Positions 17,711 to 22,082 of a stretch of DNA of 22,082 nt are shown here, piece by piece. Both the position numbers and the translations under genes were made by a program. This DNA comes from Armatimonadota bacterium. GTDB lineage: Bacteria > Armatimonadota > SYMT01. Where the stretch lies: NCBI GenBank assembly GCA_046292385.1, contig JBKBRF010000014.1, positions 2,142 through 24,223 of the forward strand, read 5' to 3'. Below the pieces are notes generated by a model. It was not told the DNA's origin. It searched no databases and worked only from the letters and a program-made list of their open reading frames with translations. Each line of letters begins with the position of its first letter. Positions within the stretch are counted from its first letter, which is position 1.

Positions 17711-18610
17711 ATGCGAAAGACCAAGATCCTCCTGTCTGCGGCGGTGGCTACCACCGGCATCGGGCTCGCGCTGGCCACTCAGCCGGTCCCGGCGCAGGCG
17801 CAGGCCCGAAAGCCGGCGCCGAAGGTGCAGCCGGAGCGGAGACTCGTGGGGGTTACCCTCGGTCGCCCGTATACCGAGGTCCTCCGCCGCTATGGCAACC
17901 CGCAGGAGATCCAGACCGTGGCTCTCGCCGTGGGCGGCGCGCAGCTCCCGGGTGTGGGCGGCGGCGGCGCGCCGGGTGGGATGTCCCCGTTCGGCGGAGC
18001 GTCCCCGTTCGGCGGCGGCGGTGGGGGTGGTAACGGCGCCAGCGGCGGCGGTGGAATGTCGCCCTTCGGCGGTGGTGGAATGTCGCCTTATGGCGGTGGT
18101 GGTGGCATGAGCCCGTTCGGCGGCGGCGGTGGGGGTGGCAACGGCGCCGGCGGCGGCGCAGCTGCCGGCGTTCCCAGCCTTCCGCCTCCGGGAGCCGGCG
18201 GGATGAGCCCCTTCGGCGGCGGCTCTCCGTTCGGCGGGCCCGCGGCGGACATGGGCGGCGGCGGCGCGGCGGGGCCGGAGTACAGCAACGCGATCCTCTG
18301 GGTCTACAAGCGGCCCGGCAGCGTGCGGCTGGAGTTCCTGATCAACGAGGATGGCCGCGTGGCCCAGATCTCCGCGGTCGCGCCGGTCAACCGGCTTTTC
18401 AAGCCGGCGACCACCGCTAAGGGTGTGACGCTCGGGTCCAGCTTCAGCACCGTGATGAGCCGCTACGGCAATCCGGAGCGTCACCGCATGCTCCCCGGCG
18501 GACGGTTCTACGAGGCGTATTACCTGAAGAACTACCACACCGCCTTCGCTTTCGATACGAACAAGGGACAGATGAAGGTCGTCCGGATCACTGTCGCCCT
18601 GGCAGACTAG
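17711..18610 (+). CDS. Exported protein with duplicated GVTLG...RYGNP module and Gly-rich repeat insert
   Basis: Signal peptide MRKTKILLSAAVATTGIGLALA...AQA; two modules VGVTLGRPYTEVLRRYGNP and KGVTLGSSFSTVMSRYGNP. Confidence 0.85.
   Translation: MRKTKILLSAAVATTGIGLALATQPVPAQAQARKPAPKVQPERRLVGVTLGRPYTEVLRRYGNPQEIQTVALAVGGAQLPGVGGGGAPGGMSPFGGASPFGGGGGGGNGASGGGGMSPFGGGGMSPYGGGGGMSPFGGGGGGGNGAGGGAAAGVPSLPPPGAGGMSPFGGGSPFGGPAADMGGGGAAGPEYSNAILWVYKRPGSVRLEFLINEDGRVAQISAVAPVNRLFKPATTAKGVTLGSSFSTVMSRYGNPERHRMLPGGRFYEAYYLKNYHTAFAFDTNKGQMKVVRITVALAD
17975..18238 (+). repeat. Coding repeat, seven SP[FY]GG units, mostly GGMSPFGG
   Basis: Seven units seen in translation with varied synonymous codons. 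Confidence 0.9.
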
Positions 18611-18622
18611 GACAGAGAACGG

Positions 18623-18672
18623 AACCCCCGCCTTCTGTCCCGAAGCGCCGGGACAGGGGGCGGGGGTTTTTT
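18623..18672 (+). terminator. Intrinsic terminator with unusually long stem
   Basis: 20-bp stem (2 G-U) 18623-18642/18649-18668, 6-nt loop, ending in TTTTTT. Confidence 0.9.
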
Positions 18673-18782
18673 CATGTCCGGATGGTTGGTTGGATTCCGC
18701 TCGGGGCGGGGTCGACCGGCCGAGCGTGGCGGAAGCGGCACCCCTGGGGCCGCTTCCGCCGGAGTCTTACGAAGTAGGCACG

Positions 18783-20642
18783 TTGGACATCGTTGAAGAG
18801 ATCAAGCTGCGCACCGACCTGGTGGAGCTCATATCGGCGACCGTCACCCTCAAGCGGAGCGGCTCCCGGTACAAGGGCCTCTGCCCGTTCCACCAGGAGA
18901 AGACGCCGAGCTTTACGGTGGACGGTGAGCGCGGCCTGTTCAAGTGCTTCGGGTGCGGAACCGGAGGGGACTGCTTCAAGTTCGTACAGCTTCGGGATGG
19001 GCTGAGCTTCAACGAGGCCGGCGAATTCCTGGCCCGGCGCGCCGGGCTGCAGTGGACGCGGCGCGGGGAGTCGCCGGAGCAGCGGTCGCAGCGCGAGCGG
19101 CTCTATGACGTCACGGCGCTGGCGGAGCGCTTCTTCCGGAAGAGCCTGGAGACGGCGCCGGTGGCCCGCGCCTACCTGGAGCGGCGGGGGCTCTCCGCGG
19201 AGACGGTCGAGGAGCTTCGTATCGGTTACGCGCCGGCGGGGTACTCCGCGCTGCTGGGCTGGCTGAAGCGGGAAGGGGTCTCGCTGGAGGATGCGGAGAC
19301 GGCGGACGTACTGCTTCGCAACGAGCAGGGGTATCGCGACCGGTTCGTCGACCGGCTCATGTTTCCGATCTGCGACGTGGAGGGACGGCCGATCGCGTTC
19401 GGGGGGCGGACGCTCAGACCGGACGGCATTCCGAAGTATCTGAATTCACGAGAGACGCCGATCTTCCAGAAGAGCCGCACGCTGTACGGGCTCCACCTGG
19501 CGAAACGGGTGATTCCTGAAAGCGGTTTCGCCGTGGTGGTGGAAGGTTACATGGATTTCATCGCCCTGTACCAGGCGGGGATCGTCAACTGTGTGGCCGG
19601 GCTGGGGACCGCCTTCACGGAGACGAACGTCGGCATCCTGCGCCGCTACACCAGCGAGCTGGTGATGTGTTACGACGGGGACAGCGCCGGGATGCAGGCG
19701 GCGCTGAAGAACTCGGCGCTGTTCGAGCAGGCCGGGTGCAACGTGAGGGTGGCCGGGATGCCGGAGGGTGAAGACCCGGATACCTACCTGCAGAAGCATG
19801 GGCCGGAGGGGTTCCGAGCGTTATTGAACCGGGCGCAGCCGCTGCTGGACTACCATCTAAATGCGGTGCGGCAACGTTATAATCTGACGGACGAGACGGA
19901 GCGGCTCGGCTTCGTGCGGGAAGCGGCCCGGGTCATCGCGCAGAGCAACAGTCACCTGGTTCGCCAGGAATATGCCGGCAAGCTGACCCGGCTGATGGAC
20001 GGGCTGGCCGAAGAGTGGTACCCGGGCGATCCGGGCCGGGCGATGCAGGCGCGAGTCGCCCTGTCGCAAGAGGTGAGCCGCCTAGTCCGGGCAGACCGCC
20101 TGGCCGGGGCGTCCCGGGCCCCTCGGGGGGACCGGGGGCAGAACGGGGGAGGGCGCGGATACACGCGGGTCACCGCGGCCGCGGGCGCTCCGGAAGGGGC
20201 GGCGGTCCCTCCCAGCGCGCTCCGGGAGCAGCAGCGCTACGTGCTGCGGGCGGCGCTGACGGAGGCGTACTGGGCCGACCGCGCGGCCGAGACGCTCAGC
20301 GAGGTCCACTTTCCGGATCCGGAGGTGGCCGGGCTCGCGTCGATGCTGTTCGGAGAGGCGGGGGCGCAGATCGCGCCGACCTCCGGCGAGCGCGCGGAGC
20401 GCCTGCGCACAGATCCTGCAAGTGCGGAGGCCGTGAGTGAGTTGTTAATACAGGAAGCGCCGGTCTCCGACGAGGGCCTGGAGGAGTGCATCGTCGCACT
20501 CGACCGGGCGTGGCGAGAGCGGCGCCGCACGGAGCTGCGGCGAGCCTGGGAGAGCGACGAGCTGCCGGCGGGCGATGCCCGGCTGGAGGAGCTCCGCCGC
20601 CTGAACCAGGAGCTGGGCGGACGGCGGCGGCGAGAAGACTAG
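18783..20642 (+). CDS. dnaG: DNA primase (start probably TTG 18783; ORF open from 18690)
   Basis: CPFHQEKTPSF...CFGC zinc finger, RLMFPI, FGGR, PKYLNS, TOPRIM VVEGYMD and YDGDSAG. Confidence 0.96.
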   Translation: MDIVEEIKLRTDLVELISATVTLKRSGSRYKGLCPFHQEKTPSFTVDGERGLFKCFGCGTGGDCFKFVQLRDGLSFNEAGEFLARRAGLQWTRRGESPEQRSQRERLYDVTALAERFFRKSLETAPVARAYLERRGLSAETVEELRIGYAPAGYSALLGWLKREGVSLEDAETADVLLRNEQGYRDRFVDRLMFPICDVEGRPIAFGGRTLRPDGIPKYLNSRETPIFQKSRTLYGLHLAKRVIPESGFAVVVEGYMDFIALYQAGIVNCVAGLGTAFTETNVGILRRYTSELVMCYDGDSAGMQAALKNSALFEQAGCNVRVAGMPEGEDPDTYLQKHGPEGFRALLNRAQPLLDYHLNAVRQRYNLTDETERLGFVREAARVIAQSNSHLVRQEYAGKLTRLMDGLAEEWYPGDPGRAMQARVALSQEVSRLVRADRLAGASRAPRGDRGQNGGGRGYTRVTAAAGAPEGAAVPPSALREQQRYVLRAALTEAYWADRAAETLSEVHFPDPEVAGLASMLFGEAGAQIAPTSGERAERLRTDPASAEAVSELLIQEAPVSDEGLEECIVALDRAWRERRRTELRRAWESDELPAGDARLEELRRLNQELGGRRRRED

Positions 20643-20817
20643 GCGAGCGTCGCGAATCCCGGAGACGGGTACAAAAAACTGAAGTCGCACGGGAGCAGAC
20701 CGGAGAGTATCGGGTAAGGTACCCGGTAGAAGAGCTGTTTAGAGGGTGAATGGTGCCCTTTAAGGGGCCTGCAAGCTTCACGGCCAGGGGAATGGATAAG
20801 TTGAGGGGGGTACAGAG

Positions 20818-21966
20818 GTGCCGGTGCAGTCGATGAAGTCGATCAGGGAAAACCCGGAGGTCGCGAAGCTCCTGGACCGCGGCAAGCGGCAGGGGCTGCT
20901 GACCTACGACGAGATCAATGAGACGCTGCGGTCTCACGTTGATCCGGATCAGATCGAAGACATTTTCAACCTGGCCGAGAGCGAAGGCATCCAGGTCGTC
21001 GACGCGCGCACGCAGTCTACCGCCGCCACCGCGCCGGGGAAGTCAGTCGTGGAGACGGAGGATGTCTCGCTCCGGGATCTGGAGATCCGCGAGGAAGACA
21101 CTCCGAGCGTGGAAGGCATCCCGATCGATGACTCGGTGCGGATGTGGCTGCGCGAGATCGGGAAGACCCGGCTGCTGACCTCCGCCGAGGAGGTCCAGCT
21201 CGCGCGCCGGATCGAGAACTGGGAGCGCGATCCGGAAGGCGCCATGGAGGCCAAGTCGATCCTGACGGAGGCGAACCTGCGGCTGGTGGTGAGCATCGCG
21301 AAGAAGTACTCGGGCCGTGGCCTCTCCTTCCCGGACCTGATCCAGGAAGGGAACCTCGGCCTGATCCGGGCGGTGGAGAAGTTCGACTACCGCAAGGGGT
21401 ACAAGTTCAGCACCTACGCCACCTGGTGGATCCGGCAGGCGATCACGCGCGCCATCGCGGACCAGGCGCGGACTATCCGCATCCCGGTCCACATGGTCGA
21501 GACGATCAACCGGCTGATCAAGGTGCAGGGCCAGCTCACGCAGCGCCTGGGCCGGGAGCCGACGCCGGAGGAGATCGGGGCGGAGATGGACCTCTCGCCG
21601 GACCGCGTGGTGGAGATCCAGCGGATCGCGCCGGAGCCGCTCTCGCTCGAGACGCCGATCGGTGAGGAAGAGGACAGCCACCTGGCGGACTTCGTGGAAG
21701 ACAGCGATACGATGGCGCCGTCCGAGGCGGCGACGAACACGCTGCTGCGCCGGGAGATCGAAGACGCGCTCGGAAAGCTGACCCCGCGCGAGCGGGAGGT
21801 GATCCGCATGCGCTTCGGCCTCGACGACGGCAGCCCGCGCACGCTGGAGGAAGTGGGCCGCTACTTCCAGGTCACGCGCGAGCGGATCCGGCAGATCGAG
21901 GCGAAGGCGCTGAAGAAGCTGAAGAACCCGACGAAGAGCCGGAAGCTCCGCGAGTTCCTGGACTGA
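20818..21966 (+). CDS. rpoD: Primary RNA polymerase sigma factor (SigA/RpoD)
   Basis: Region 1.1, [78 protein letters not shown]; downstream of dnaG. Confidence 0.98.
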   Translation: MPVQSMKSIRENPEVAKLLDRGKRQGLLTYDEINETLRSHVDPDQIEDIFNLAESEGIQVVDARTQSTAATAPGKSVVETEDVSLRDLEIREEDTPSVEGIPIDDSVRMWLREIGKTRLLTSAEEVQLARRIENWERDPEGAMEAKSILTEANLRLVVSIAKKYSGRGLSFPDLIQEGNLGLIRAVEKFDYRKGYKFSTYATWWIRQAITRAIADQARTIRIPVHMVETINRLIKVQGQLTQRLGREPTPEEIGAEMDLSPDRVVEIQRIAPEPLSLETPIGEEEDSHLADFVEDSDTMAPSEAATNTLLRREIEDALGKLTPREREVIRMRFGLDDGSPRTLEEVGRYFQVTRERIRQIEAKALKKLKNPTKSRKLREFLD

Positions 21967-22082
21967 CCGGGAGCGCAGGCAGGGGCGTCGAGGGGGGGGG
22001 GGGGGGGGGGGCGGAAAGAAAAACCCCCCTTTTCCCTCCCCCCTCCCTCCAACCCACCCCAAAACCACGCAACGCACGCACA

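Noticed and set aside
17975..18238. CRISPR-like or mobile DNA repeat
   Set aside because: In-frame coding repeats with synonymous variation and no unique spacers
21985..22082. 20-nt G run (21992-22011) and C/A-rich tail as G-quadruplex or terminator
   Set aside because: Homopolymer-rich, looks like degraded read-end sequence, possibly a garbled terminator; cannot be trusted without reads

Overview
GC-rich (roughly 70%) bacterial chromosomal segment, mostly housekeeping. A SigA-type rpoD without the proteobacterial non-conserved insert, a three-subunit sdhCAB and a SpoIID/LytB protein point to a non-proteobacterial host; Armatimonadota is only a guess. Gene order: palindrome + tRNA-Pro(GGG) (-); a tightly coupled four-gene minus-strand cluster (hypothetical, receiver-only response regulator, small membrane protein, ankyrin protein); AlkB-family dioxygenase (+); small membrane protein (-); a divergent DprA/Smf protein with an unusual C-terminal N6-methyltransferase-like extension (-); a ~175-nt rod-like intergenic fold (6S-RNA-like candidate); SpoIID/LytB (+); SDR, KGG-type stress peptide and a pair of secreted M16 peptidase subunits (-); GlsB/YeaQ/YmgE (+); zinc-ribbon membrane protein (-); sdhC-sdhA-sdhB, a degenerate GH95-like protein and mgsA (+); an exported protein with GGMSPFGG repeats; dnaG-rpoD. 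The last ~90 nt look like low-quality sequence. I see no mobile element or CRISPR array. Best leads: the DprA-pseudo-methyltransferase fusion with its upstream structured RNA candidate, SigB-type promoters in front of two general-stress genes, the GH95 pseudo-enzyme coupled to mgsA, and the SPFGG-repeat protein. All family assignments come from motif recognition by eye, not database searches.
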